Below are positions 30,138 through 45,944 of a DNA stretch of 64,000 nt, in pieces. The translations under genes were made by a program, and so were the position numbers. The first letter of the stretch is position 1; every line of letters starts with the position of its first letter. The notes below the pieces were generated by a model. It was not told the DNA's origin. It saw only the letters and a list, made by a program, of their open reading frames with translations, and did not search any database. Source of the DNA: the human T2T-CHM13v2.0 reference genome, Homo sapiens; the NCBI RefSeq assembly GCF_009914755.1, contig NC_060929.1; one strand, written 5' to 3'.

Positions 30138-32114
30138 GTAAGGCTTCAACTAGTAAACTACAAAATTAACAATAAACTAATCAACATTAAAAGGAGGAAA
30201 CAAAAAATACAAAATTAATAGTTGAAAACATTAAAAATCATGAAACCAATAAAGACAAATATAGTGACCAATCAGATTTCCAAGAGGAGACAAAGAGCGC
30301 TATCAGATTTGAATAATTAATGATGGGGTGAGATTAATGCGAAAAAGTGCACCTTGAGAGAATCTATGACCTATGAAGGTAATTAGCTTTAAGTGACTGT
30401 ACATGGAAAATTTGGTAGAATAATCAACCTAATTCTCATTATCCTGCAGATCCAGGTCCAGGGATTCTGTTACCTAAATGCAACTCAAAGAAGGGGAAAG
30501 AGTGCTCATCGATTTAGCCCATCTTTCTCTCTACACCCTATTCTTTTCGGTGTAGAGAGAAAAATGGAGATATTGGAAAGTGAATGTCCTCGAGCAATGG
30601 AAAATGCCTTTGGAAAGGGCACTACAGTGGACATCAGATGTTGTAATTGTTTCCTTCTCTCTCTTTCCTTATGGGAACACATACCATACAGTTTAGATGA
30701 AGCCAATTCATAACCTGAAGGGTGAGGTAGGCATGTGACACAAATCAAAGCAACTAGACAACCTCATAAGTTTGGCCACTTGTTTGTTTCAGAGGTTTAT
30801 GTAACTTAAGCTGAGAAAATAAAAATCTGACTGGAGATGTTATGCCTGAGCTATCAGGAAAGATATTTTCCTGAGAAGGAGATTAGACTGAGAAGATTTG
30901 CATCAGTGAAGTTGATAGTCATATATTTCAACAAGTAGTGAGATTATCCTTGAAAAATCAAGCTAAGCAAAGACTAGAGAAGGCAAGAAAGAAGTAGGGA
31001 GGGAGACAAAAGCTAGAGACTAATTTAAGTCCATGGGTCTATTCATAGCTGAAGCTAGCAGAAACCACCAAATTCCCAGTTCCCAGCTGTGTGAGGCGAT
31101 ATATTCAATTTTTTTTTGGTTAAGCTAGTTTGATCTGGGTTTTGGTCACAGAATTTGACATATAAAAATATAATATTTCAAGTGAAGTACTTGAAATGTA
31201 AAATTGTCTCTGTTGAGGCTGTAAGTAGAGCAATGAGAATTATTTCATCATCAATTGGGATGTCCACAGTCCTTACAGCAAACCAATTTATTGAATTTTT
31301 CCTTCTTATATCTTTTTGAAACCAGACAGTCCATTATTAAGGCTGTAGAATATACAACTTTATTTTACAAATATGTATCAGCTATGTCTTACGTTTTTCA
31401 GGAAATTCTATGAAAATGAAACAATTTCTGTCCAAACTAGCCCACTTGTAATGTGAAAAAAAAATCCAGCTTCTTATACAGACGGTCTTTCAATCTGTGG
31501 TCAATGATTCAAGGTAGAAAATAATCAGGTAATCATATATTTTCTATTACATTTTAGAAAAGTTAATTTTCTGTTACCAAATCACTTTTCTTTCTCCCCT
31601 TCAATACCATCCAGAAAACAAGCTTTCTTTATTTTTCTTTCAACTCATGAGTAAGGTTTATTTGGTAGAGTTAATTTCTGATATTTGAGTATTTTCTTTT
31701 GAGCTTATGTTTGCATTTCCTAAAAATTTCAATATAATTTTTTTATATATTCAGAAGCAAAAAGGAGTCTACACAACCACAATTGTCACATAGCCAAAGA
31801 GGATTGTTGTATCTTGTTGAATCTTAAGTTTTTTGCTGTATTTCTACCTGTTAATTGCATCAAATGCTTTTGGAGTTAGGGATTAGAGAAATAAATAGAA
31901 ATAAGTATATCACAGCATCTTCTGCACACTAATTATAAGACACAACCGTGTCAGGCTTACAAAGTTACTTTAATATTATTAATGCAGGTCAAAATAATGG
32001 GAAAAATTCTACTTTTATAAATAAGTTTGTTCTTTCCTTCTACAATTTCAGATATAGGGGAAGAGGAACAATTTTTTTTAATCTGGATAAACACTATAAT
32101 TTTTATTTTATTTC

Positions 32115-32413
32115 TATTTGTTCAGTTACTTATTTTGAGACAAGGTCTCACTCTGTTGTCCAGGCAGGAGTACAGTGGTGTGATCACAGCACACTGAAGC
32201 CCCCATCTCCCAGACTCAAGTGATCCTCCCTCCTTAGCCTCCTGAGTATCTGGGACTGTAGGTGTGCATCACCATGCCCAGATAATTTTTAAAAAAGAGA
32301 TGAGGTCTTGCTATGTTGCCCCAGGCTGGTCTCAAACTCCTGAGCTCAAGCAATCCTCCAACCTCAGGCTCCCATAGTGTTGGGATTACAGACGTGAGCC
32401 ATTGCAGCTGGTC
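32115..32413 (-). mobile_element. AluJ
   Basis: Diverged Alu dimer with J-type positions (gctcaagcaatcctcc, tgttgccc). Confidence 0.9.
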
Positions 32414-33561
32414 TAAAACACCGTAATTTTTAAAAAGCAACACAAAATAAGAGAATGCCTCCATCTGAATATCAGATAGAGTTGTCGTATCAGCTGAGTT
32501 ACAGTAACATCTAATAGATTTTGGATGGTGCATTCCGAAACTCAAGTTCATCCCTAATGTGGAGACAGTGCTGGTTATCTCAGCCAATAATTTAAATAAT
32601 TACAGCTTCAGTTATTAGATAAATCCTATTGTAGAAGTGAATGAATCAGGCTGTCTTTGAACCGATGCCATCATACATTCATTTTATTCAATATTTTTCA
32701 ATAACCTTCTGATTATGATTTGGCACTTCAGGTCAGTCTGCCTGGTTGTATAGCCTGGTTCATGTACTGTGGCAAAGTATGGTTGCTGTTCTGTTTTCAT
32801 ATAGTAATCTTTAGATTTGTTTATATAACTATCGCCCTAATAAATGGTTCATTCTTGTTTTGATGAATTTGGGTTTGTGTTTATTCTACAAGATGACTAT
32901 AACTTGAATTGTGGTACTATAATAAAATCACCAGGGCAAATGTGCCTTGGATGACAGCCATTCATCACTTCCCAACTCCTGTATAAAACTAATGTGCACC
33001 TCCCTTTTTCCCTCCATCAACTAACTTCTCTCCACATTTCAGAGAAGATATGTCTTGATAACTCTACCTTCTTGGAAGAACTATTATAAGGAAAAGATTA
33101 GTTTCCATCAAGGTGATTCACATAAAATATGTTTCCAGCCTCTTCTACTTGAATGCTACTTGGAAACAAATTTACTAGAACTGCTGCAAAAATTTCTCCC
33201 ATTTCAGATAGACTTACAGTTGGATGTAGCATATAAGCTGCATCTACAGTTTCTATCGTCAATATTTGCCAGCATTGCTCCTAGCACAATTAGTAGAGGC
33301 TTTGAAAAAAGGACAAGGTTTTGGCTATGTAAGCTACAACTTACTTGTGCAATTTCAATTTATTTACAAACAGAATCTGACAGTGTGTCTGATTATGCTA
33401 GGCAAGATTTCAAAAGTCATAGCCAAATTATGTGACAGCAAATTGTATTGCCAGAAGAACTGATATATGTAATCTATATCCTAATGTATCTTTAACATTT
33501 GCCATCTATAAAATTATTTTTCTATCTATAAAGTTAAATTCCTATTCTTGAGAAGTACAAG

Positions 33562-33777
33562 GAGTGTGGTCCTAGTAAATATTTAATAACCAGTTAAAAA
33601 AAGAAAGAACCAAAAGAAAAAAACCGGATTTGTTCCATTTAATAATAACTGTTGGTGGGTAAATATTTCTACTCTGGCTGCATTCAACTTACCAACATGT
33701 CATAAATGAATGTGGAGTTAAAAAGAGATGTTGCACAGTTCTGCTCTCATGAAGCAGAAACTTCACCATATCAGTGA
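33562..33777 (-). mobile_element. MER63A-like hAT relic
   Basis: ctagtaaatatttaataacc...gatttgt...ccaacatgtca...gagatgttgcaca matches the recalled reverse complement of MER63. Confidence 0.6.
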
Positions 33778-35630
33778 ATAAGATAAGTTTAATATAGAAC
33801 TGAATATATTTTTAGCATCAAAAAGAAAAAAATCCAAGGTTAACATGCCATAGAGAGGTAATAAACACTAAAAAGCTAGAATTTTTGACTTTTTTAATTT
33901 ATTTTTAAATAAAATAATTTGAATTGAAACTAATAATTTAGAAAATCTTGCCCTGACTCATTCATTTTTACTCCTGAAGAAATGAAATGCCAAGGTTTAC
34001 AGGAATTTGTCCCAATTGCAATGCACATTAATTGGCAAAATGAATTGTGACTAATTTTCCATACGACCACAGCAAAAAAAAAAAAAAAAGAGTTATAATA
34101 GATGAAGATCCTACAGATAAAGTGTTAAAGTGATTTTTAAAAATTCGTTATTCTGAATTTCCAAATTCAGTGATATCTCTTTTTAGGACTAATGATGGCT
34201 CTTGTTGACAAAATTTGAAAAAAATTATTGAAAATAAAAATAAGTTCAAAATTTCTGGTTCTATGTAATGTAGGTGTAAATACACCCTGCCCTGTATCTC
34301 CCAGTGAATGCAGCCATAAAATCTGGACAGAATGCACGGAGCATGTATTTGAAGGCCTTGAAAAGTTAATAGTAGGAAGTGAATTGAGGAATGAAAACAG
34401 AATTCAAAGTATCACCAAAGCAGAGGTGACTTTGTCATTTTTTCCCTTACCTGGACTCAATGCAGCTTGAGATGTGGGAGTGAGCATGGCTTGCCTGTCA
34501 GCTTGAGGAAAAGTCTTTTGGTTCTGGCTTGAGGAGAGGAACAATGGTCTTCTGAGATTTAGAGAGAGTTGAATAAATTATCAATTGTTAAGATTTTCTC
34601 TTTTCTTCTATACCTCAGCACCCGAACAAGTCCATCCTATACTAGGAGCAGCAGCAGAGAGAATGGGTGGCTGCAGTATCTAAGACTCAGAGGGAGCGAA
34701 ATGTTCTCTCCAGACGATGGTGGCCTCAAGAGGATGGGAAAATCTCTGCTGTTATTGTTCCTTTTCTTTCCCTCTCTTTGTTCTCTTGCCTCTTAGCCTC
34801 ATACATAGGCACAGATGTGGGAAGTTTATGACAGATCTAGGTAAATGAAGGCCCAGCTCTCTGGCCAAAGGATGAAAAAAAAGAAATCGCAGAGAACCAC
34901 AGTGTACAACGGGCATCAGAGAGAGAGTCAAACCTGGGAAATTAAGCCCAGAAAGTTGTTTATGAACTCCTGAGCTCAACCCTGAAGTTTGCAAATGTGA
35001 ATCTGATTCAAATGGCATGCACAAACACTGGAAACCAAACTATGACATAAACCACTGCCAAAGCCCAGACTACACGGTGGGTAGGCCATAGATAAACCAG
35101 CTTTGAATAGCCAAGCAAAAATTTTAAAACAATCCTCATATTGAAGCTATGACCTACAGAACATAGTTTCAATCAACTAGGTTGATTTTATGTCAAAACA
35201 ACAAAAATACCAGCATGTACCACAGAATTTTTTAAAGTCACCAAAATCTCACAACATACTATCGGAAATGAACAACAGACAATTAATGGCATAAAAAGAA
35301 ACAGAAAAATATCAAATTACGTGGGAAAAGACAATCAACAAGACATCAAATTTGAAACAACAGATGTTACATTTATCTGAGAGGCTTAAAGAAACACCTT
35401 GTAAAAATATTCCAACAAACAAAAACAAACACCCTTGAAACAAATGAAAAGAGAAATTCTCAGCAAAGTAATAAATGATATAAGGAATGGAAACATTTTT
35501 AAAAATCAAATGAGAATTTATAGGTGAAAAACTTAATAAGACAATCTAAACCCAGAAAAACAAGAATCTCCTACATTTGGGATTTAATAACTTGAGGGAG
35601 ATAGCAAAGGAGTCAGTGAGATAGATCTGT

Positions 35631-36600
<970 letters not shown>

Positions 36601-37821
36601 AAGAGAAAATGTCCAATCTGACCAACAAAGATGGATAAAAAAGAACAGAACATCGGCTTCCTTTGAGACCACTTTTCTAAATTGAGAAAGATTTACATAG
36701 AAAAATACAAAAAAAAAGTTTTTTAAAAGTCTGGAAAATTTGGCAGAACACATAAACATATAGATTCCAGAAGCTCACTGAACTCCAAACAGTAGATACG
36801 CAGAGAATTGATACTGAGATACATCATAATCAAACTGCTAAAAAAAAAATCTTTGGTTACAAAGAAAAAAGCATCCTGAAAGCAGCCTGTGTAAAATTAT
36901 ACACTACTTACAGGTTAACAACAATTCAAATGACAGTATATTTCTTCTCAAATACCACAAAGGCCAGAAGAAACTAATAGAAAATGTTTAAAGAGCTGAA
37001 ATAAATCAACTATCATCCCAGAAATCTATATCCTGTAAAAATATTCTTTAGCAATGAAGGTGAAGTAAATGCATTCTCAGATCAAAGAAAACTGAAATAA
37101 TTAATTGCAGAAAAACCTGTTATTTTTTTGAAAAATTGCTAAACAGAGTTTTTTAGATGGAAATAAAATGGTAGCAAATAAGAAAAAGTAGCATTTAGGA
37201 CAAAGGAAATTACCAAGGGTAAGAAGGAATTATTTGCTGAATAATAACGTGGTTTACCACATATGTCAATATAGATTTTTCAACATTTTTTTTCTTGCTA
37301 CATAGTGTGCCCCTTTTATTCTGCAGATTGAAAATAATTTCTTCAATTCATAAAAATACTTTCTCATTTTTATATCTATCATTTCATATGTAATTTCCTA
37401 AATCTCAAACACTCCCTATCTTTTGGGTTTTAATCTAAAAATATTCCCTCTTTCATTATTTTTAAATACATAATAATGATTTTTCCTTATCAATTTGTTG
37501 ATACTGCTTTGAAGTCATTCTTTTTAACTTATTCATTTTGTTATGTTTTAAGCACTTATTGTGTGCCAGATACCCTTTTGGATACAGTGAAAAAATTATT
37601 AAATTCATGATGTCATGTGAATTTCAGTTGGAAGTTAGAAAAATAAGCAAAATAATTTTATTGAGCATTGAAGGCTTTAATGAAAATTGACGTTAGTGAT
37701 AAAACTCTAATTTATCATTATTTTAGTTTATGATTTTTAAATATTTTTTATCATTTGTATTTCATGCATTAAATTTTGTCTTTCTTTTTACATTTCATTT
37801 TTGCTTTTGATATGTGATTTT

Positions 37822-38085
37822 CTTGTAACAGCTTTATTGAGTTGTAGTTGACATAGAGTGAGCTGCACATATTTAAACCATATACTTTGACAATTTTTAT
37901 ATTTGAATATACCCATAACCATCACCACAATCAAGATATGAATATTTCCAATACCCTGAAGATTTCGCCCCTTGGGAATCCCTCAGTATCCAATCACAAA
38001 TCATTTTTTTCAGTTACTATGATTAGCTGACACTTTCTTGATATATATTAATGAAATTATACTGTATATGCTACTTTTTTTCTTT
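37822..38085 (-). mobile_element. L1MB/MC 3'UTR fragment
   Basis: aacagctttattgag...gctgcacatattta...accatcaccacaatcaagata. Confidence 0.7.
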
Positions 38086-38307
38086 TTATTCCAAGATAGT
38101 CAACTTAGTCTACAAATTAAGCATCCTCTATCCTTATCAAATTTAATATTTTAATATTCACAATCATGTTATACCAGTTCCTTAAGGTGACAGTGGCTTC
38201 CCACAGTCCACAAAGAAAAAAACTAATTCCTTGTCACCATCAAGTCTTTCATAATCTGGCACTGATGTAGTCTTTTGGCTTTATTTATATGCCTTTGTTT
38301 ACCACAA

Positions 38308-38505
38308 CAGGAGTGCCTGTCCTCACTTAGGTCCATGGACACAGGCCTGAGGGTGGAGCCCTCACCAGGGACCCCAGTCTTCTCTACCCAGCACTTCCCT
38401 GCCTCCCTCCTATATCATGTCCCCCTCTGAAAAGGTACATCTAACTGCCATTAGATTATGGATGACGACCTGTCTTAGCTACTTCCTGCTGACAGGGGGC
38501 ATTGG
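38308..38505 (-). mobile_element. ERV1 fragment: start of a 3' LTR (LTR9/LTR1-like) with PPT and adjacent internal sequence
   Basis: Reverse complement reads ..ttttcagagggggaca|tgatatagg..gaagtgctgggtagag..ggctccaccctc, i.e. a polypurine tract then a TG LTR start. Confidence 0.6.
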
Positions 38506-38507
38506 TT

Positions 38508-38672
38508 TTCCCTTATACAAAAATTTACTCAAGATGGATTGAAAACTTAAATGTAAAATTCCAAACTATAAAACTGTAGAAGAAAAATCTAGGCAATGCC
38601 ATTCAGGACATAGGCACAGACAAAGATTTGTTGACAAAAATGGCAAAAGCAGTTGCAACAGAAGCAAAAATT
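38508..38672 (+). mobile_element. Isolated internal L1 ORF2 fragment (old L1PA)
   Basis: ccttatacaaaaatttactcaagatggatt...ccattcaggacataggcac; homologous to ~23988-24150. Confidence 0.85.
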
Positions 38673-39364
38673 TGTCTTTGCATTTTAATACTTAAGATAA
38701 TGCTAACACTCCTTAAGTAGTAATATGAGCATTTTTATTGGTTCTATTCCTGTTTTTTCTTTCTGTACCTCCCCTCACATTCTATTTTTACTTTTTTAGT
38801 CTTATATACACATAATGTGGTATGGGTCAAAAAATAGTGTCATAAAAATTAATGAAAGGATAACTATCAATTGCTTTCTATACAAAAGTGAAATGTTATT
38901 ATCTATTTATTTTGAGGAGATCCAAGGTTCCTTATCCAATAAACTGTTACCATGTGAGAAACTATAGAAAATTTAAAAGGATATGGGTCTTTCTAGACTT
39001 CAAAAAATTTAAAGAATGTTATTTTTCATTTGTGTGTTTTATTTTTGTTTTTGTCTGAATTTTTGTTGTTGTGATTTTTTTTTTTAATTGCTGCTGAGAG
39101 CATTGAAGCTAGATGCTTTTGTGATTGGATTTGTGGAGTGTTCCCACCCAAACAGAGTTTCAGGTCTTTTAGTACACTCAGTGGTCCTGAAAAACCAAAC
39201 AACAAACAATGCCTACACACACTGAGGAAATATACGCAAGTTCTATTTTCAAAAATTTTAAAATATATAATATTTTCACACTTAAATTTTAGGGAGCATT
39301 TATCAGAATCAACTCTTGTATCGTACAAGGTGTTTTATAGTATTTTGTTCTAAGTGCCTGCCAA

Positions 39365-39800
39365 TAAGTTATTCATGTATTCAAAATCACCTAAGAGGCA
39401 CCTCCTCTGTCCTAGTCAGTGTGTGGTGCCAGCAATTTAGCATTACAAAGTGACCACAGTTCAGGGTTTGATGATACTTATATTTCAATGGGCCAACAAA
39501 CAAAAAAGTAAACAATTTTAGACAGTGGGGTGTAGTGTAGAGAAAATAAAACATGGTCATTGAATAGGGAGTGACCTTAGATGGTTGTCCAGGGAAAGTC
39601 TAACACTTTAGAAAGTACATTTAAGGAGAGTCCTGAATTATTCAAACAGACCAGTTATGAAAATATCTAGGAAAATGTGTTCCCAGCAACGTAAAGGACA
39701 AAACCAAAGACCCTGTGGAAGCGACATGCTTGCTAATTTAGGATATAAAGACAGTGTGATTGAAATGCAGTATTTTTGAGGCATAATAGTGCAAAATGAC
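39365..39800 (-). mobile_element. L2 fragment
   Basis: Antisense L2 motifs (ttcatgtattcaa, tccagggaaagtc, aaagaccctgtgg). Confidence 0.5.
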
Positions 39801-40379
39801 ACGTATTTTATACATAAATATTATATCTATTTTTTCAATTTTAATGAAATATTTTTGAAAAGCACAGAGAAATTTTATTGCTACAGCTGAGCCCAAGGTT
39901 TCAGCATTCCTGCAACAGCTAATTGAGCATGCAATGAATATCTTACCCAAAGTTGTCCAACTATAGATGAAGCAGCAGTTTAATAATTATTTTGGTGTAT
40001 AAGTTTTGTGAACCAAATGAATCAGTTCTTTTTTCTTGAAGACTTTGTGTGTAAAACATGAAGATAGAGGATAGGTAGTGTATAAGAATATCAGAAGCTG
40101 AAGCACACGAATAGTGGAGTCAGGAAAAACCATTATGATGCATGGAAGCACTAGAATAACAAATAATTTATAGCTCCTGCTAAGGAAGCAATAAAGAACT
40201 GAGTCCATATGACTTTACTGTGTGCTAAATGATTGTATAGCCCCTGAACAGAGTTGCAGCCCCCATGAGCTCTGACTACTGCAGCTGAAATTGCACTGTT
40301 TCATAAATTCCTCATGTATTCTTCTAATATCACCTCGTTGGCTTGTGTATCTGCATATATTGTTCTGCTCCTTAAATTC

Positions 40380-40530
40380 TGACAGAGCTTTGACAACACA
40401 AATGCTATTTAATTCTCACAAGAAATCATCTGATGAGATAAATATTAAAAGGATTTGATAGTAATTTAAAGATCACACAGTCAGTGGAAGATGTGGGATT
40501 AGAATCAAAGTGCATCTGACACTAAAGCTA
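40380..40530 (-). mobile_element. MIR fragment
   Basis: atttaattctcacaag...aaagatcacacagtcagtgg...gggattagaatc...tctgacactaaagc. Confidence 0.6.
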
Positions 40531-40631
40531 GTATTCTAGAATGAACAGACATTTAGTCAAGTATTTTATATAACACTGATTTATGCGTGACTCCAGGTGG
40601 TATAGCTGTAGTAAAAGTTAAAATTGGATAC

Positions 40632-41725
40632 AAGTAAAGAGAATAAGAAGACAATCCATTCACTGGAAGAAAATTTTTGCAAAATATATATCTGTCAAAA
40701 GACTGTTGTCCTAAGTAAATAAAAAACACTTAAAACTCAACAATAAGAAAATGAGCAACCAAATTTTTAAATGGCCAACATATATGAATAAACAGATATA
40801 CAAAGAAGACAGAGATGGCAAATAAGCATATGGAAAGATGCTCCACATCATATATATTCAGGAAAACACTAATTAACACAACAAAGAGACCTACTACACA
40901 CTTACTAAAATGGCGAAAGTCTAAAATGCCTCTAAGAAGGATGTGAAGAACAGGAATTCCTATTGTTGGTGGGAATGCAAAATGGTGTAGCCCCTTTGGA
41001 AGATTGGTGATTTCTTACAAAACTAAACATGTTCGTACTATATGATCCAGCAATTTCTCTCTCACCTAAAGGAGCTGAAAACATGCCCTTCACATAGATG
41101 AACACACGTAAAAATAAACCTGAACATGGATGTTTATAGCAGCTTTATTCATAATTGCCAATACTTAGAAAGAACCAAGAGGTCCTCAGTAGGTGAATAG
41201 ATAAGTAAACTGTAATATATACAGACAATGAAGTATTATTCAGTGCTAAAAAGAAATGAGCTATCGAGCCATGAAAAGACATGGGGGGAAACTAAAATGC
41301 ATATAACTAAGTGAAAGAAACCAATATGAAAAGGCTACATAATTTATGGTTCCAATTATATGACAATAAAAAAGTATGCTAAAACAATATCAGTGATTGT
41401 CAGCAAGGAGGGAGCAATGAATAGTAGGGACACAAAGGATTTCAAGGCAGTGAAATTATACTTTAAATTACAATGGCATGTAATATATTTGTAAAACCAT
41501 ATACTATAAAACAAGAATAAATCCTAATGTAAACTATGGACTTTGGATGATAATGATGTATCAATGTAGGTTCATAGATCGTAACAAACATATACCCTTG
41601 GTGAAGGATATTGACAGTAGGAAAGACTATGTCTTGGGGGAGAGGGTATACACGAAACTGTACTTTCTGCTCAATTTTGCTGTAAACCTAAAACTGCTTT
41701 AAGAATAATGTCTATTTTAAAAAAC
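40632..41725 (+). mobile_element. L1MC1-like 3' end
   Basis: Degenerate ORF2 C-terminus and MC-type 3'UTR (aatgtaaactatggactttgg, ctcaattttgctgtaaacctaaaactgc). Confidence 0.85.
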
Positions 41726-43504
41726 TGAATACAAAAACTCTGAAAGAAAGTGAAGGTTTATCTACACCCAAAGAATTTTGCCTCAGAAAAAAAGTTTTTT
41801 TTTTTTTTAATTTGGCAATAGAAGTAAAAGGCATTATGAAAACAGCACAAAGACTTATGTATTTGTTTATTTATTTGTTGGTCCTTCCAGTGCACATAAT
41901 TAGATATTTAATTTTAGTGTTTCAGACATGTACCAGAAGAAGGCATAATTATACTTCTATTAATTTCATACACTGCCACTAAGAGCAATTTAAGATATTG
42001 TATTGATATTAATATTTTAATAATATATAATGCATTTATTAAAATTGATAGCTAGTTATTCATTCTTAGTTAATGTTTTATTTAATGATGGTCATCACAG
42101 AAAATCACATCAATGATTTCAAAATATTAGCTCTTTTAAAAGACATAATGCTGCACATTTGACTCAAAACTGTATCCTTGAAAAAAAGCACTGACATTTC
42201 AAACTGCTATTAAAATAGAGCAAATATATCCCTCACTCATAGATTTTTGTATTCTCAGGGGACTATATCTGTATGGAAAAAAATTGATACATTTTATATT
42301 TGAACAAAATAAGTAAAAAATTTATATAAAAGCTTATGTGGGATTTAAAGAAAAGAGATGTGAATGATGATTTAAAAGTACACACGTTTTGTTTTGTTTC
42401 TCCTTCACATATTAATTATAGTGGATGACAAGTCTTTGTTTGCATACTCAGTAATTTTCTATAAAGAAAGTTTAGATATTGTTTGTCAAGATTAGTTGAG
42501 AAGTTAAGAAACATATCCCCAATATTGACAAAAAGATTCCTAATTTTTTTCATCAAAAAAATACACAGATGAAAACTCTACCTTCTTCATAGCAAATTTT
42601 ATCACATTTCAACATGTGGAAATATTTGTAAGTCAAAAAACATTTTCCAGTGATTTTGGAAATAGCTCTGCTTATTTTTTCTCTTTCATATAAAATTATA
42701 ATAATCCAAAATTTTGCTGTGCTTTTGTATTACTAAGAGTTTTAAGAATGCCTCCTGAATAGATAGATTTTTCTTTCCATTTACTCATTTAATTCTGTAA
42801 ATCTATGCTTACATTGTTATATGTTTAAATCACTTAAGTTTGTTGCCAACAGGCCTACCAGTTTCTCAGCTCAAATTCCTCCTTGTGTCTGTCATTCACT
42901 TTGTGAAATTAGTTCCTTCCTCCAAAGATACAATTTACTTAGTCTGTAGGGATTGTGTGAGACCTGTTGAGAGTGTTTTTTTCTGACAGGTGCACATTGT
43001 TACAATTCTTAAAACTCTGTAATTATTAATTTTTCAGTGTGAAATTCTCTACATCATGCTACTAATATGAAATCAACCCAAAGTCTCATGTGAGGATGGC
43101 CCACGGTTACACATTCTAAAGTGGCTTTTTACCCACACAAATTCTAAGCCAAACCAGATATTTTTGTGTAGCTGATCTTTAAAAGCTGAACTTTTGAGAT
43201 CATTGACTTTAGGAAGGGCTTTCCAATTTTGTGTACCCAGTATCTAGGTGATCATTACAGGCAAAGCATTTGCAGACTGGCATTCTCCAGGGACAGCCAT
43301 GTATACACACTGAAGTCTTATATTGTCTAAATTATTTATAGTTACTAGGGACATTTTTCCTATTTTTGGGAATTCAGCTATGTATTTATAAGTATTTTAC
43401 TATATACCATTTCTTTAACTCTTTTAATGAGATTTATAAAATCACTCATTGCTATTAATGTTGTTTTCTATTTTTTTGTTGTTGAATTTTTGTTGCTTGG
43501 GTAC

Positions 43505-43918
43505 TGATAGAGTATGTATATCTGTTGTTGTACAAATGTCATGTTGAATTGTAATCACCAGTGTTGGAGGCGGGTCCTGGTGAGAGGTGTTTGGGTCATA
43601 GGAGTGGATCCCTTATGGCTTGGTGCTGTCTTCACTATAGCAAGTGAGCTCTCAGGAGATCTGGTCCTTTAAAAGTGTGTGGCACCTTCCCCCACCACCA
43701 TCCCACACTTTCTCTCTTGCTCCTGTTTTCCCCATGTGAAGTGCCTGCTCTTGCTTTGCCTTCTGTCATGAGTAAAAGTTCCCTGAGGCCTCCCCGGAAG
43801 CATATAAAGTCTATGCTTCCCGTATAGCCTGAAGAACTGAGAGTCAATTAAACCTGTTTCTTATAAATTACCCGTTCTCATGTATTTTTTTATAGAGATG
43901 CAAGAATGGCCTAATACA
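43505..43918 (+). mobile_element. MSTB-like solo LTR
   Basis: TG...CA termini with a perfect 5-bp TSD ggtac (43500-43504 and 43919-43923); MST core sequence. Confidence 0.9.
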
Positions 43919-44185
43919 GGTACTAAGTATATAATATAATCAGGAGACAGAGATGGTGAAAACAAGTGTCTTGGGATTCATTTTGAACTTAGGGTGAAAT
44001 AATTCAGCCTTTCATAATTAAGTATGGTTAGTTACAGGTTTTATACCACTTAATAAATAGCATAAAATCTTAAAATATTACACTGGCAATTCTTATCATG
44101 CAGCCTTTATGCTATTTGTCATAACTTTACTTTGCATATTATAAACCATAAAATATTTTATTATTATTTTTGCTTTAAACACTAA

Positions 44186-44492
<307 letters not shown>

Positions 44493-45944
44493 AAACTTTT
44501 TGATATAAAATACTGCCATGATACTGGTAATGATTTACTTCATTAGTTAATTTTAAAAGTCATGTTGAAAATATAGACATATACTTAAATACTTTATGAG
44601 AGGCACATGAAGAGACAGGTCACTATATAGAGTACTGCTATGTTAAGTACATATTTAAGTATACAATAAGTTTCCAGTTAAATGAACATTTGCACCACAT
44701 ATGTTATTTAAAATAATCAGATTATTTTCTTCATCAAGGTTTATCCAACTTGGTACTTCCTTTTTTCTAACAGTTAACGAATTAGTTCTAGAAAATTTCT
44801 TACCTACTATCTTTATATTCTAGTTTTTATCCACTGCTATTTATTTTGCTCCTGGAGTATAAATTATTCTAAATTTGAATTAAGCAAATAATAATCAGTT
44901 TAGGTAACCATATAAACATCAATATTGTAAATTAAAATTTTTAGTAGGTTCTTGCTGCTGCTGCTGCGTTTGATTGCTTTACTTGTGTGTTTTCGTAAAT
45001 CTCAGGAGTTACTCTTTTATTCTTTAACATAGTAACCGTCAAACTTAAAAAAGTTAACATTATAAATCTGTGTCAACTTCTTGGACAAAGAAACATGTTT
45101 CAATGAAAAAATTCACTGAAGATCTCTCTAAAGGGGAAAGTCATAGATTTAAATGTTGTAAAGTAGTAGTTTAAAGTGTTTATCATAATTACTGAGAAAA
45201 CTCAGATGTTGGATAATATGGAGTGAGTTCACAGTTGTCTATACACATCTTTAAAGAAATACCACGCACATTGTTCAGGAAAGAGTCTTTGGTTACATTC
45301 ATGAAGGGTCTGGCATAATACAGTCATCCCAGGTTGATGGCTCATTATGTCCTCCGCTGATTAGAGACAGTTGTGATGAAACTTAATATTTGGTCTTCTA
45401 TCTTAAATAAGTTCTGTTGTAATTGGGATACTTATTTTTATTGTCTGTCATCCTAAGAGAATTTTCTTTCAAGATAAGATTAAGTATTTTAGGATACTAA
45501 TGTGTAGAACTATTAAAACTCCAATATTGAATAAAATCTTTCTTAGCAGAATCATATCACCAAAGCCCACATTGTGTGACAATATTATCTTGGCCTAAAC
45601 ACACTAAGTCACAAGGTCACAACAAATATACTTGTTATGTTTCAAACATGTATTTCTCAGATGTCTCTGATCCATTACAATAAAAAATTACTGAGTTGAT
45701 AATAGAAAAATTGTATTGGTCTGATCAGTAGAACGTTAGTTTTTTAACAAAAAGTGTCAGTAATGTCCAGTGATGTGACACCATCAGCAAGATTTCACAT
45801 TATGCAGCTTTATAATAAAAGATATTATCTTTCATTGCTTAGATATTTATGTCATGATAGGAATTAAATTAACACAAGTTGCTTTATCATTTTAAAAGTG
45901 TCTACTAAAACTAGTTTGTTCTATTTTTTTAATCTAAAAAGTTT

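Noticed and set aside
33055-33435. 126-aa ORF in apparently unique sequence
   Set aside because: Non-ATG start, no recognisable homology and no convincing splice boundaries.
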